DNA of 64,000 nt. Origin: Bdellovibrionota bacterium. Lineage in GTDB: Bacteria > Bdellovibrionota_C > UBA2361 > JBGSMV01. Position 1 is the first letter of the stretch; every line of letters begins with the position of its first letter. Below, in pieces: positions 10,666-19,534 of the stretch. The position numbers were made by a program, and so were the translations under genes. The stretch lies in contig JBGSMV010000029.1 of assembly GCA_041739995.1 (NCBI GenBank), forward strand, positions 32,001 to 96,000. Reading direction: 5' to 3'. The notes below the pieces were generated by a model. The model was given only the letters and a program-made list of their open reading frames with translations, had not been told where the DNA came from and ran no database searches.

Positions 10666-11490
10666 ATGTTGGATAGGTTTCACATGCGCTGGGTCAGTGT
10701 TTCTTTTACGGGGGTTTCTTTTACGGGGGTTTCTTTTACCCGGGTTTCTTCTACTCGGGTTTCTTCGGCATGGCGTTCCTTAACCAGTCTGCTTGGTTCG
10801 TGCAGCGCTGCGGTGGTGCTTGGGCTTTTCCTGGCTGGATGTGGTGGTGGCCCCCCAGCGCCCGGACCTGACCGACAAGCGGCCGGCACTTTTGAAGGTG
10901 CGGCTACAGGCGCTGGCGCAGGCGCAGTGACTGGATTCCAACTGGGCGCAGGCACCGGGCCTGGGGCTTTAGTAGGCGCAGGACTAGGGGCAGTGGCGGG
11001 AGGTATCCAAGGAGCGGTTCAGGATTCACTTGATGAGGACCTGCTTAAGCTGTCTGCTCAAGCTCGGGCCGAGCGGGAGCGGCTCTATGCACAAGATGTG
11101 CTCCAAGACGAATTCAAGCGCAGACTTGCGTTGCATCCAACGCGGGAAATTTATGCCGCGGATCTATTCTTCAGAGGAGATGAGACTCGATTGCGTTTAA
11201 GCGCAAAACCAGTGGTGCGAGAGCTGGCGCGCCTCAACAAAGAACGGGCATCCTGGTCACGACTGGTGGTTGCTGCCTACGTGAAAGCAAGTAGCCCCGA
11301 CTCGGAGTTCGCGCAAAGACTTGGAGAGCGAAGAGCCCGTGAGCTTGTCGACGAGTTGGTGCGAGGTGGCCTTGAGCCGCGCAGGCTTCAGACCCGGGTG
11401 GTCATAACAAGTGAGCCGATCTTGATTGATCCGCTCGATAGAGTTGAGCGCTATAGCCAGGCTATCGAGTTAATTGCTCTCGACAGCTAG
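10666..11490 (+). CDS. Glycine-zipper/OmpA-like lipoprotein
   Basis: LAGC lipobox, GA-rich glycine zipper, C-terminal LFF…LGERRA..V OmpA-like pattern. Confidence 0.7.
   Translation: MLDRFHMRWVSVSFTGVSFTGVSFTRVSSTRVSSAWRSLTSLLGSCSAAVVLGLFLAGCGGGPPAPGPDRQAAGTFEGAATGAGAGAVTGFQLGAGTGPGALVGAGLGAVAGGIQGAVQDSLDEDLLKLSAQARAERERLYAQDVLQDEFKRRLALHPTREIYAADLFFRGDETRLRLSAKPVVRELARLNKERASWSRLVVAAYVKASSPDSEFAQRLGERRARELVDELVRGGLEPRRLQTRVVITSEPILIDPLDRVERYSQAIELIALDS
10699..10767 (+). repeat. In-frame 15-bp tandem repeat (~4.6 copies; VSFTG/VSFTR/VSSTR)
   Basis: gtttcttttacgggg x2 followed by diverging copies. Confidence 0.9.
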
Positions 11491-11641
11491 CTGGCCTCCG
11501 GGCCCTCTAATACTTGTGGGGGTGGAATGGTTCTTGGAACACCTCGAATTAACGTGTTCGTTAGGGCTAGGCGCACTTGAGGCGAGTTGAAGGGTTTGGC
11601 AAGTTCAGATAGGCTTGGGGAATATTTTTTCGGATAGATTT

Positions 11642-12028
11642 ATGAATAAGAAGCGAGACAGCAAGGCTAAACCCTCTTCAAAAGGTTCCGAAGGCGCTGA
11701 TGGCGTGGTGAACGGTGACGCGAATAAGGATGACGCATCTCACGGTGAGTTTGCCGTCCAAGAAATAAAGACCAAGGCGCAGCTTAAAGCGTTCCTTAAT
11801 AGTATTAGAGACAAAATGGGCGACAACACCGCTGCTCCTATCTACGCGATGTCGGCCATGAATCACATTCTGACTTTGTCGGCCGTTTATGAACTGCTCG
11901 ATAATGAGACCAAAGAAATCGCCAGGGATGTTTGGTTGAGGATTAAGCAGTCAGGGCTTCAGGTGAGAATGCCCTCTCTGCTTTTTAGCGCAGAGGAAAT
12001 TGAAGTGGGCGCGAACACAGTAAGCTAG
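11642..12028 (+). CDS. Hypothetical protein
   Basis: ORF 11615..12028, ATG at 11642. Confidence 0.7.
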   Translation: MNKKRDSKAKPSSKGSEGADGVVNGDANKDDASHGEFAVQEIKTKAQLKAFLNSIRDKMGDNTAAPIYAMSAMNHILTLSAVYELLDNETKEIARDVWLRIKQSGLQVRMPSLLFSAEEIEVGANTVS

Positions 12029-12083
12029 CGTAGTGTTACTAACGCTTCTTTACAATTTTGCAGATTTTCAATCTCGAAGCAGT

Positions 12084-12557
12084 TCAATCTCGAAGCAGAA
12101 TGTCGATGGTACGCTCGATTTCATCGAGCTGATTCAAGGCACAATAAGCGTCAGCGATTTCCGGGAGTGGGCTCGTGCCATCACTGGAAGGGGTCCTCTC
12201 GTTGAGAATGAGGACCGGTACTCCGGCTCCGCGCGGTATGGTGGGGAGAGATTTCAAATGCTCGGTCAGTTGATGACCGCTTACTCCCTCAAGTCGATCC
12301 GAAGTGATAACTAGATCGAAGTACTGCCAAACTAACCGCTGAAGGGCCTCGGTTGCTGTTTGGGTAGCAACGACTTTAAATCCCCGGGCGGAGAGTCTTT
12401 TAGTGATCGTAGTGAGCGTGGTGAGGTCTCGATCCACCAATAGAATACTTGTGTGACGAAGCCCGGAGTCAGGAAGCGGGGACGCTCCTGTTGACGGGCT
12501 AGAGTTCGAATCGAAGTGTTCGTCGGAAATTTCTAGAGATTGCTTCAAATTACTCAT
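12084..12557 (-). CDS. Atypical single-domain response regulator receiver protein
   Basis: ILLVD…FDLVITS…SG..L receiver pattern, with Ser at the usual phospho-Asp position. Confidence 0.7.
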   Translation of the reverse strand: MSNLKQSLEISDEHFDSNSSPSTGASPLPDSGLRHTSILLVDRDLTTLTTITKRLSARGFKVVATQTATEALQRLVWQYFDLVITSDRLEGVSGHQLTEHLKSLPTIPRGAGVPVLILNERTPSSDGTSPLPEIADAYCALNQLDEIERTIDILLRD

Positions 12558-12754
12558 TCAACCAAAAAATGGCAGGCGCCAAATTTCTTTCAGTCGCGAC
12601 TCCCCAGTGTACTACAAAAACGTGAGTTTCAGTCGGTAAATGTGCTTAGGCCAGCTCGGAGGAACTCGTATTTTGGTCATCGGTATCGGTAAAGATGGGT
12701 GGGTTCGAGAGCTTAGCGCGAGGTTCGGCTCGGGCAAATTTCAGAACGGACCTT

Positions 12755-12910
12755 CTACTGCGCTGAGTCAGAAGCTCATTTAAGTATTTGTCTCGCTGAT
12801 CTCGCTGAACCCATTGTGTAATTCAATTGTGTAATTCATTAAATATATTCACAAAGAGAGCAGCGAGCTCGGCGAGAAATGTTCATGGAACTCTTAACTC
12901 AAGACACTAC
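12755..12910. mobile_element. MITE-like element, copy 1 (orientation A)
   Basis: Closely matches the reverse complement of 21678-21820; imperfect TIRs; internal 13-bp duplication attgtgtaattca. Confidence 0.85.
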
Positions 12911-12989
12911 TTATCAGGGTGAAAAACTCTTTTCACAAGCCTGTTAGTGCGGTGTCGCGGTCGAAGTTCAGCTTCGCCGAGCTATGCGA

Positions 12990-13784
12990 TTAGCTTGATG
13001 CTGACTCGTACTTCTGGAGTCCTCGGTGCCATAGAAATCGAATCGCCACGGTGATTAGTGCAAGCGCCAAGAGCGAATAAAGCACGCCAAGAAATTTATG
13101 TTGGTCGAACAGAAAGTGCACCGGCGCGGAGCTGGCGAGAAGGACGGGCAGAACGAAAGTAAAAACGCGTCGAAATGTTGCTTGATACACAAAGTCCGGC
13201 CAGCGGCTAATGTCTTGAAGCTGCATCCGCAGAAAGTTCATCCCAATACTGTCCACAAGCCAAAAGCCACTGATCATCAATAGAATCTCAATGGCGGTAA
13301 TCAACGCGAGTGCAAGCAGGACCATGAAGGGCAGGGCAATCCAAGCGATCGTCGAGAGGCCAATGTTACCGCCAAAGTGTGCCATGAGGAGCCACGGGAC
13401 TGGCGCGAGAACGAAGGAGCCTGCTCGGATGAATCTAAAAAAGGTAATAAATATCGCGTTTGCAGGTCTCAAAAGTATGAAGTCGAGCGTTCCAGTGCGA
13501 ATATCAGCAGAAAAATTCCAAAAGGACTCGCTTACAAAGGTCATGTGAAGCTGGTCTACCGCCAGCATGAAACAGGCAAAAAACAAGAAGTGCTCGCGCG
13601 ACCAGCCACCCAACGGTCCGGTAAGGCGAAAGGTGAAGTCGATGGTAAACAAAATCGAGCAGTAGAAGCAGATATCCATCAGAATGAGCAGTAGGAAGTG
13701 TACGCGAAAGGCCAGAGCACGTTCGATGTTCAAGCCGAGAAGGTGCCAGTAAATGTCGAGGTAATGTCGGAGAAAGCGTCTCAT
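12990..13784 (-). CDS. ABC-2 family (DUF990-type) permease
   Basis: I..G.LDF.L.RP motif, 6 TM segments, C-terminal GL.KYESASS. Confidence 0.9.
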   Translation of the reverse strand: MRRFLRHYLDIYWHLLGLNIERALAFRVHFLLLILMDICFYCSILFTIDFTFRLTGPLGGWSREHFLFFACFMLAVDQLHMTFVSESFWNFSADIRTGTLDFILLRPANAIFITFFRFIRAGSFVLAPVPWLLMAHFGGNIGLSTIAWIALPFMVLLALALITAIEILLMISGFWLVDSIGMNFLRMQLQDISRWPDFVYQATFRRVFTFVLPVLLASSAPVHFLFDQHKFLGVLYSLLALALITVAIRFLWHRGLQKYESASS

Positions 13785-13785
13785 G

Positions 13786-14589
13786 CTACATGCCCGCCGC
13801 AGCATAGAGACGTAGCCCCTTAGACCAGAGCACTCTCGCGGTGATGGCGGCGATAAGCAGCCAAAGTACAGTCATTAATGCGGCATCATGAAATGTAACC
13901 GAACTGCTGCCCATGCAGAGCTGTACGGGAATGAAAGTGAGATAGGGGAAAGGTGTATACCAAAGAAATTCCAAAACCTTTGGCGGGAAAAGATCAAGTG
14001 GAATTATGGCTCCGGACAAGAAACGAGCAACCATCGTGAACAAAACTCTTAACACCCAGGATTCTTCAATCCAAAATGACGAGCTCGAGAGTAAAAACCA
14101 GACGCAGAACCAGAGCAGGCTCACCAATAGAGCCATGCTGCCCCCTGCGGCGAGGTGAGTCAGGGATTCGAGGGGGAGGATTCCCGAACCGAAACCAATC
14201 ACCAGTACGATTAAGGCGCTCAGACAGTTTAGAATTTGAGCGGCGCTAAAAGCCCCAAAGTGGTAGCCCATGAAACTAGTTGGATACAGCAAGAATGCCG
14301 AGATTCTACCAAAGCGAATATCCTCGGAGATATTGCGGCTCGCATACGATTGACACAGCAGTGTGACGACCAGCACGTAGGTCTGGTACTCAAGCATTCT
14401 TTCAAAGGTGTACCCCCGCAATAACTCATTGTCGCGAGCTGCAAAAATCGAGTACCAAAGGTTAATCTTAATCAAAAAGAAGACCAGGGCGGGCCCAAGA
14501 ATAAGAAGAAGGAAGTTGAGTTTGTATGCGAGCTGAGAGGCGAGCTCTATGCGAATCGTGCCCCAATACTTTGAAAAAAGCTTCTTCAT
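13786..14589 (-). CDS. ABC-2 family permease
   Basis: I.EDIR.G.I..FL..P, LSGAIIPLDLFP, GLR.Y.A.G motifs. Confidence 0.9.
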   Translation of the reverse strand: MKKLFSKYWGTIRIELASQLAYKLNFLLLILGPALVFFLIKINLWYSIFAARDNELLRGYTFERMLEYQTYVLVVTLLCQSYASRNISEDIRFGRISAFLLYPTSFMGYHFGAFSAAQILNCLSALIVLVIGFGSGILPLESLTHLAAGGSMALLVSLLWFCVWFLLSSSSFWIEESWVLRVLFTMVARFLSGAIIPLDLFPPKVLEFLWYTPFPYLTFIPVQLCMGSSSVTFHDAALMTVLWLLIAAITARVLWSKGLRLYAAAGM

Positions 14590-15581
14590 GCGGAAGGGGA
14601 CAAAAGTTGAGGGTTTGAAAGAATCGAATGCATCACTCGCTCCACCGGAATTTGCTCGGTGCCAAAGTCAGTGACGGGGTAGCGTTCAAGGATTTGTTGC
14701 ATAGTGCTCCTCAGCGCGTTTTCAGGGATGCGGAGTTCAACGTGGGTGCGTTCAGGGTCCCAATCTGGCTCAAACGGCACGAAGAAAGTGTCTTCAACTG
14801 AGATAGCTGAGGCGAAGGAGACAGAAAGAAATTTTTCGGAACCGAGAAGTCTTTGAAATTTTGAGAGTTCACCATCGAAGCGTTTCTCTCCTCCGAGAAT
14901 AAGCACCACTCGGTCGCATAGCGCTTCGACATCTGCCATATAGTGGGAAGTGAGTATGATGGTGGTGCCTCGCTCTTTGTGGAAGTTGAGCAGAAACTGC
15001 CTAATTGAAACCTGGGCCACCACGTCGAGGCCAATGGTAGGTTCATCGAGAAATACTACTTTGGGATCATGGAGCAGTGAAGCCATGAGCTCCACTTTCA
15101 TGCGCTCACCCAGAGATAGCTTGCGCACGTGAGTTCTCAGTACGTGATTAACGCCAAGAAGCGTCCCAAGTTCATCCACGCGTTGGTTGAAATTCTGGCG
15201 AGAGATCTCGTAATAGGCACGTAAGAGCTCCAGCGAATCGAGGGCGGGGATGTCCCACCACAGCTGAGACTTTTGCCCCATGACGAGAGCAATCCGTCGG
15301 CGGAATTCCTTAGCACGCGCGAAGGGGTCGCACCCAAGTACTTGCAGGCGTCCATCGCTTGGCATGATAAGGCCGCTCAGCATCTTCATTAGCGTGGTTT
15401 TGCCGGCGCCATTTGGACCAAGAAGACCGAGGAGCTCTCCTTCACGAACAGAAAATGAAAAATCTCGCACGGCAGATATTTCGTTATACTCGCGTGAAGC
15501 AAAGCTCTTGAGAGAGCCAAGGATTCCAGGATCCTTTTTGTATATCTTGAATCGTTTAGTGAGAGCTTCGCAGTGAATCAT
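14586..15581 (-). CDS. ABC transporter ATP-binding protein
   Basis: GPNGAGKTT Walker A, LSLGE signature, FLDEPT Walker B; start taken as MIHCEAL at 15581. Confidence 0.93.
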   Translation of the reverse strand: MIHCEALTKRFKIYKKDPGILGSLKSFASREYNEISAVRDFSFSVREGELLGLLGPNGAGKTTLMKMLSGLIMPSDGRLQVLGCDPFARAKEFRRRIALVMGQKSQLWWDIPALDSLELLRAYYEISRQNFNQRVDELGTLLGVNHVLRTHVRKLSLGERMKVELMASLLHDPKVVFLDEPTIGLDVVAQVSIRQFLLNFHKERGTTIILTSHYMADVEALCDRVVLILGGEKRFDGELSKFQRLLGSEKFLSVSFASAISVEDTFFVPFEPDWDPERTHVELRIPENALRSTMQQILERYPVTDFGTEQIPVERVMHSILSNPQLLSPSA

Positions 15582-15763
15582 AGGGCGTTGAAACGTGTGG
15601 TTATTACGTCGCAGTCTACTTAAATCATTATTTATCGACAGGGCTACTCTTCGTGGAAATCGAGAGGCTCGATATGGACTACTCAGGCTTGGTCTGGCGC
15701 GACCTCGAGCTCGCCTTACTTCGATAATTCTCAAGTATTTGGGATTTCAAGTTTTAGCCTTCT

Positions 15764-15849
15764 GGCGCTACAATCCCCTCTCAAAGCCACTTGAGAGGGA
15801 GGATGCCAAAGCCAGGCGCTCCTATGGAGCGCTTCCTCTTGTCAGCGCC
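15764..15849 (+). ncRNA. Candidate structured RNA upstream of the RT gene
   Basis: Outer stem ggcgctacaa/ttgtcagcgcc (one bulge) enclosing hairpins ccctctcaa/ttgagaggg and gcgctcc/ggagcgc; expression unproven. Confidence 0.4.
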
Positions 15850-15866
15850 TTGCTTCGACTTTTCTT

Positions 15867-17306
15867 GTGAGTTTTTTGGCTCATGAGGGACGAAAGAGGG
15901 TCCGTCGAAGTCAGACGTCTAACCGGCCCGTTGATTGGGCAACATTTCTCTTTGGCATCCTTCGTCTTCGGTTTGCCTCGGCGCCCTGGACTAAAACTCA
16001 ATCGCGGATTTTTCAAGAGCTTTTTCATAGAGAGATGGAGATGTCCCCGAATTTTCCGGACTGGAGATTAGTTCGTCGCACCTTAGATCACGAATGGTCC
16101 GGTAAGCGACTTCGACTCCGGGAGCAAGATTCTGAGGGGATGACTCGGCAGGAATTTTTTCGCTTTCGACACCGCTTATTAGAAGGTTCGATACGGCAGA
16201 TTCGGACCAAGACGTTTGAGCCCGCAGTGGCAAGGCCTTTCACTATCTTCGTCGATAAGCCCCGAGTTGTTTTCCGTTTTCGATGGATTGACCACTTCTG
16301 GATGGACTACCTTGGATTCTTGCTTCGTGACAAGGCCGAGGAGATCTTGAGTGACGCGGTAGTGAGCTTTCGCACGGGGCGAGGAGTGCATACCGCCTTT
16401 GAGCGCCTTCGTCCGCTCTTTGCGGATCCATCACGCGGTGATTTATTTGTATTGCGACGAGATGTTCAGAACTATGGCCCCTCTATGGACCACCGTAGAA
16501 TGCAAAACATATTTCGCTCTATAGTTCCGTCAGCTCCCTTGCTTGAGCACTTGTTCTCGAAATTCTGCTCTTTCCAGTATTTAGAGGGAGAGCAGTGTGT
16601 GGTGAATGCTTCTGGTCTGCCAGCCGGGAGCCAGCTTCAAACCGCTTTTGACAATTTGTACCTGCATGAGTTGGATCACCAACTCGATAAAATGGACGAT
16701 GCGGTATACGTTAGATTTGGGGACGACATACTTTTCGCAACCACCTCACTGCAGAGAGCGCTTGACGCTAAGCGCCGCATCTCAGAATTCTTTTTAGCCG
16801 CACAGCTCGTGCCAAACGAAAAGAAGTGCCAAGATTTTGTCATCACGCGCACCGTAAAAAAATCTACCAGCCAGAAAGAATTCACGCCGGCACAAATATT
16901 CCCCTATCTCGGCATGCTGATCGATATGCGAGGAGATGCGTACCTTCCAAGACAGAAGATGAAAAAAATTACTACCTTTCTTAAGGCGCAGCTAAAAATG
17001 GCCTTGGGGCCCTCAGCGGGTAGCGGAGATAAGAATGTTGGTTTTGAAGCCATTCAGGTAGTCAAACATGTTCTCGGAGGCGGCCTGCTCAGTGGGGAAA
17101 ATCCATTGCTTCATTATCTGCCGTTGATGAGAAATGAAAAACAGCTTCGTGCGCTTGATCGATGGATCGCAACGGCAGTTATCTCAGCAGTGCATGGAGG
17201 AGGATTTAAGAAGTCATTCTTTCGGTCAACCTCGTTCTCTGAACTAAGAGAAATGGGGCTTCCGTCTCTTGTCCACATGCGCCGAGTCGGGAATCGTCAG
17301 CGATGA
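15867..17306 (+). CDS. Stand-alone group II-like reverse transcriptase (FGDD active site)
   Basis: RT motifs: SFRTGRG.H.A, RRDVQNY.PSMDH, GLPAGS…NLYLHELD, YVRFGDD, YLG; thumb-like tail ELREMGLPSL; true start may be ATG 16035/16041. Confidence 0.9.
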   Translation: MSFLAHEGRKRVRRSQTSNRPVDWATFLFGILRLRFASAPWTKTQSRIFQELFHREMEMSPNFPDWRLVRRTLDHEWSGKRLRLREQDSEGMTRQEFFRFRHRLLEGSIRQIRTKTFEPAVARPFTIFVDKPRVVFRFRWIDHFWMDYLGFLLRDKAEEILSDAVVSFRTGRGVHTAFERLRPLFADPSRGDLFVLRRDVQNYGPSMDHRRMQNIFRSIVPSAPLLEHLFSKFCSFQYLEGEQCVVNASGLPAGSQLQTAFDNLYLHELDHQLDKMDDAVYVRFGDDILFATTSLQRALDAKRRISEFFLAAQLVPNEKKCQDFVITRTVKKSTSQKEFTPAQIFPYLGMLIDMRGDAYLPRQKMKKITTFLKAQLKMALGPSAGSGDKNVGFEAIQVVKHVLGGGLLSGENPLLHYLPLMRNEKQLRALDRWIATAVISAVHGGGFKKSFFRSTSFSELREMGLPSLVHMRRVGNRQR

Positions 17307-19534
17307 GCCTTTTTCAACCGCGAAGTTCTCGATTCCAACGTTTTGATAGAGAAACCGCGGAAATTTTAAGCGATCCTCACCCCCGAGCACCTCTGCAAGT
17401 GCTTATTAGGTTGGTGTGTTCTCAGCGCAACTATATTTTTTGGCACGTGACGTTCTTGGCGCTGCACTTTGCTGAGCTATTGGTACTCGCACTCATTCAT
17501 CGCATTTACTTTCCCCCAGAATCGCTGCTGCTATTGAGGGTCTGCTCCACGGTTTCGCTTATCGCGGTTATTGCTTCCTGTAGTGCGAGACTATCACAGT
17601 CGTTTAGTGACAGTGATGCGGAGAGAGGGGGTGGCCCGGACGCATGGCGCGTGGCGCGACTCCTCTTTCAGAGCACATTGTTGTTAATGCTCGCCCTTGC
17701 AGTTTGCGTATACCTTTCGCGTGACGCTAATTTTGCAAGTCCGCCAATTTTCCGGGCCTTGGTATTTTCTATCTTCATCACACTGCCCTTTGATTGCATG
17801 CTTAACTTCATTTTTCTCAATCAGAGGGCATTCTCAAGGCTGATTCATCGCCGTCATCTGAGAACAATCACCCTACTTGGCGACCTAGTTTCTTTGTGGT
17901 GCGTGTATACTGACCAGCCAGTGTTGTGCCTACTGTCGCGCACGCTGCCTCGTCTCTGGGCGGCCCTAGCGGTTTGGAAAGATGTGACGGGGTTCACTGT
18001 ATCTCGCCTATTTGAAGCACGCCTATTTGCCGACGCATCGGAGCGAAAGTCGGCAGTTTATCTGATTCAAACCTCTGGCCCAGCGGTGGCGTGCGCCGGG
18101 CTGATGGAGGTGTCTCTATACTGGAGCCTCTGGTTGTTGAACCGTGGGGTGGAGGGGGCGGCGCTCTTGATATTCTGTAGTCACAAGATCGTGCATCTGG
18201 GGCATCTGGTGTCGTTGAGACTCGGGATGCGACAGAGCGCGATGTTTGATGCCGCTGATGTGAGAGTGGGTACGCAAATGGGATTAGCGTTTTTACGGCG
18301 CTGGGGACTCGTGATGCTCGCGAGCATCTTGGTGGCCATTCTCTTCAGTCCCATGTTGTTGCTGCAGAAGGAGGTGGTGTTGTGGAGTTCTCACCTAGGC
18401 GAGTCCTTCGGATGGTCTCTTGCGGTGGGGCTATCCGTGCTTGCACTGACGGGAGCGCGTATTTGCACGCACGGATTAGTCACCATGGCAGCTTTGAGGC
18501 TAAGGCGTTGGCGAGAGTGCCTTCCGGTCATCATATGGATGTTGTTTGTGGGTTCCGTCTTGAGTTGGCTCACGCGCAGCGTGCTCGTTCACGAGGAGAT
18601 GGAACAAACGCTGATCTCACTTTCAAGCGCTGAGGCTTTGCTCAACCTTGGATTCCTGTGGTGTGTGGCCTGGCTGCTCATGCGAGAGCTTCGCCTGTCA
18701 CACGCGGCTCTTAAGAGAGGTGCTTCGATTAGGTTCTTAGAGGAGTTTGAGCGCGACCTCACGAAACCTTCCGACTCCGTTTGTCTTGTGTATGTAAAGA
18801 CCAGCGGAAAACTACAGAAGCCACTACTGGAAGTCGTCACTCCAGCGGAAAAGGACGGCCTTAAGCCTTTTGCGTGCTTCTCCATTATCGGCAACCAGTC
18901 ACTAATGCTTCTTCGTGCGTCCCGACCTTTGGGTAAGGTAAGGATAAGGCAGTCACTTGCTCGCTGCCTCGCGGGTGGTATTGAAGAGTTGCGGATTTTG
19001 AAATCCGAAGTAGCCGACTACCACGAGTTATTCCCCTTTGGGGTAAGTTCTGAATCGGTCACACGCTGGCTGGTCGATCTTTTGCGTCAGGGCAAACCTG
19101 AGCCTACTCTGTCGGAGGAAGAACGTGAGCGCCTAGATTTCATTTGCGAGACCGCCTTTGGCACTTCGAGGGCTACAGAGGCGGCTATGGTGCCCGGATT
19201 TGTGGTCGCAAGTGCCGCTGAAAAATGGGACCTGTCACACATATCAGAGCGAGATTTACGCAAGCAAATCGTGCGATATGGCAAGCGCCTGATTGAACGT
19301 GATCTGGTATGGAATCCAATCCCGCTATGGAAAGGTGAATTTAGGGGATTTGTTCACCTCGTTCGTAATGGAGAGGTGGTAAGGATCCTTTGGTTTGACG
19401 CCAGCCTAAGAAGTCTCAAGCCGCACATCGAAAACGCGGCCCTCGTGAGAAGTTTCGTGGAGCTCTTCTCGGCGTTTGGAGCGGCAGAACGAATGCAGCA
19501 GAACCCGCCGGAACTATCTGAGGAGTTGAGATGA
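17303..19534 (+). CDS. Polytopic membrane protein (~12 TM) with soluble C-terminal domain
   Basis: About 12 hydrophobic segments in the first ~460 aa, then ~280 hydrophilic aa; ATGA overlaps with both neighbours. Confidence 0.8.
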   Translation: MSLFQPRSSRFQRFDRETAEILSDPHPRAPLQVLIRLVCSQRNYIFWHVTFLALHFAELLVLALIHRIYFPPESLLLLRVCSTVSLIAVIASCSARLSQSFSDSDAERGGGPDAWRVARLLFQSTLLLMLALAVCVYLSRDANFASPPIFRALVFSIFITLPFDCMLNFIFLNQRAFSRLIHRRHLRTITLLGDLVSLWCVYTDQPVLCLLSRTLPRLWAALAVWKDVTGFTVSRLFEARLFADASERKSAVYLIQTSGPAVACAGLMEVSLYWSLWLLNRGVEGAALLIFCSHKIVHLGHLVSLRLGMRQSAMFDAADVRVGTQMGLAFLRRWGLVMLASILVAILFSPMLLLQKEVVLWSSHLGESFGWSLAVGLSVLALTGARICTHGLVTMAALRLRRWRECLPVIIWMLFVGSVLSWLTRSVLVHEEMEQTLISLSSAEALLNLGFLWCVAWLLMRELRLSHAALKRGASIRFLEEFERDLTKPSDSVCLVYVKTSGKLQKPLLEVVTPAEKDGLKPFACFSIIGNQSLMLLRASRPLGKVRIRQSLARCLAGGIEELRILKSEVADYHELFPFGVSSESVTRWLVDLLRQGKPEPTLSEEERERLDFICETAFGTSRATEAAMVPGFVVASAAEKWDLSHISERDLRKQIVRYGKRLIERDLVWNPIPLWKGEFRGFVHLVRNGEVVRILWFDASLRSLKPHIENAALVRSFVELFSAFGAAERMQQNPPELSEELR

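Noticed and set aside
15582..15734. Arg-rich N-terminal extension of the ABC ATPase in the ORF track
   Set aside because: Family homology begins at MIHCEAL (15581); the extension looks like read-through of intergenic DNA.
15595..15870. 91-aa ORF whose stop overlaps the RT GTG start (GTGA)
   Set aside because: It starts 14 bp from the divergent ABC start, leaving no promoter room, has no RBS and overlaps the structured region. Probably spurious, though not excluded.
15867..17306. RT as a group II intron, DGR or CRISPR-associated RT
   Set aside because: The next gene overlaps the RT stop, leaving no room for intron domains V/VI. I found no TR/VR pair, avd, cas1 or array in the window.
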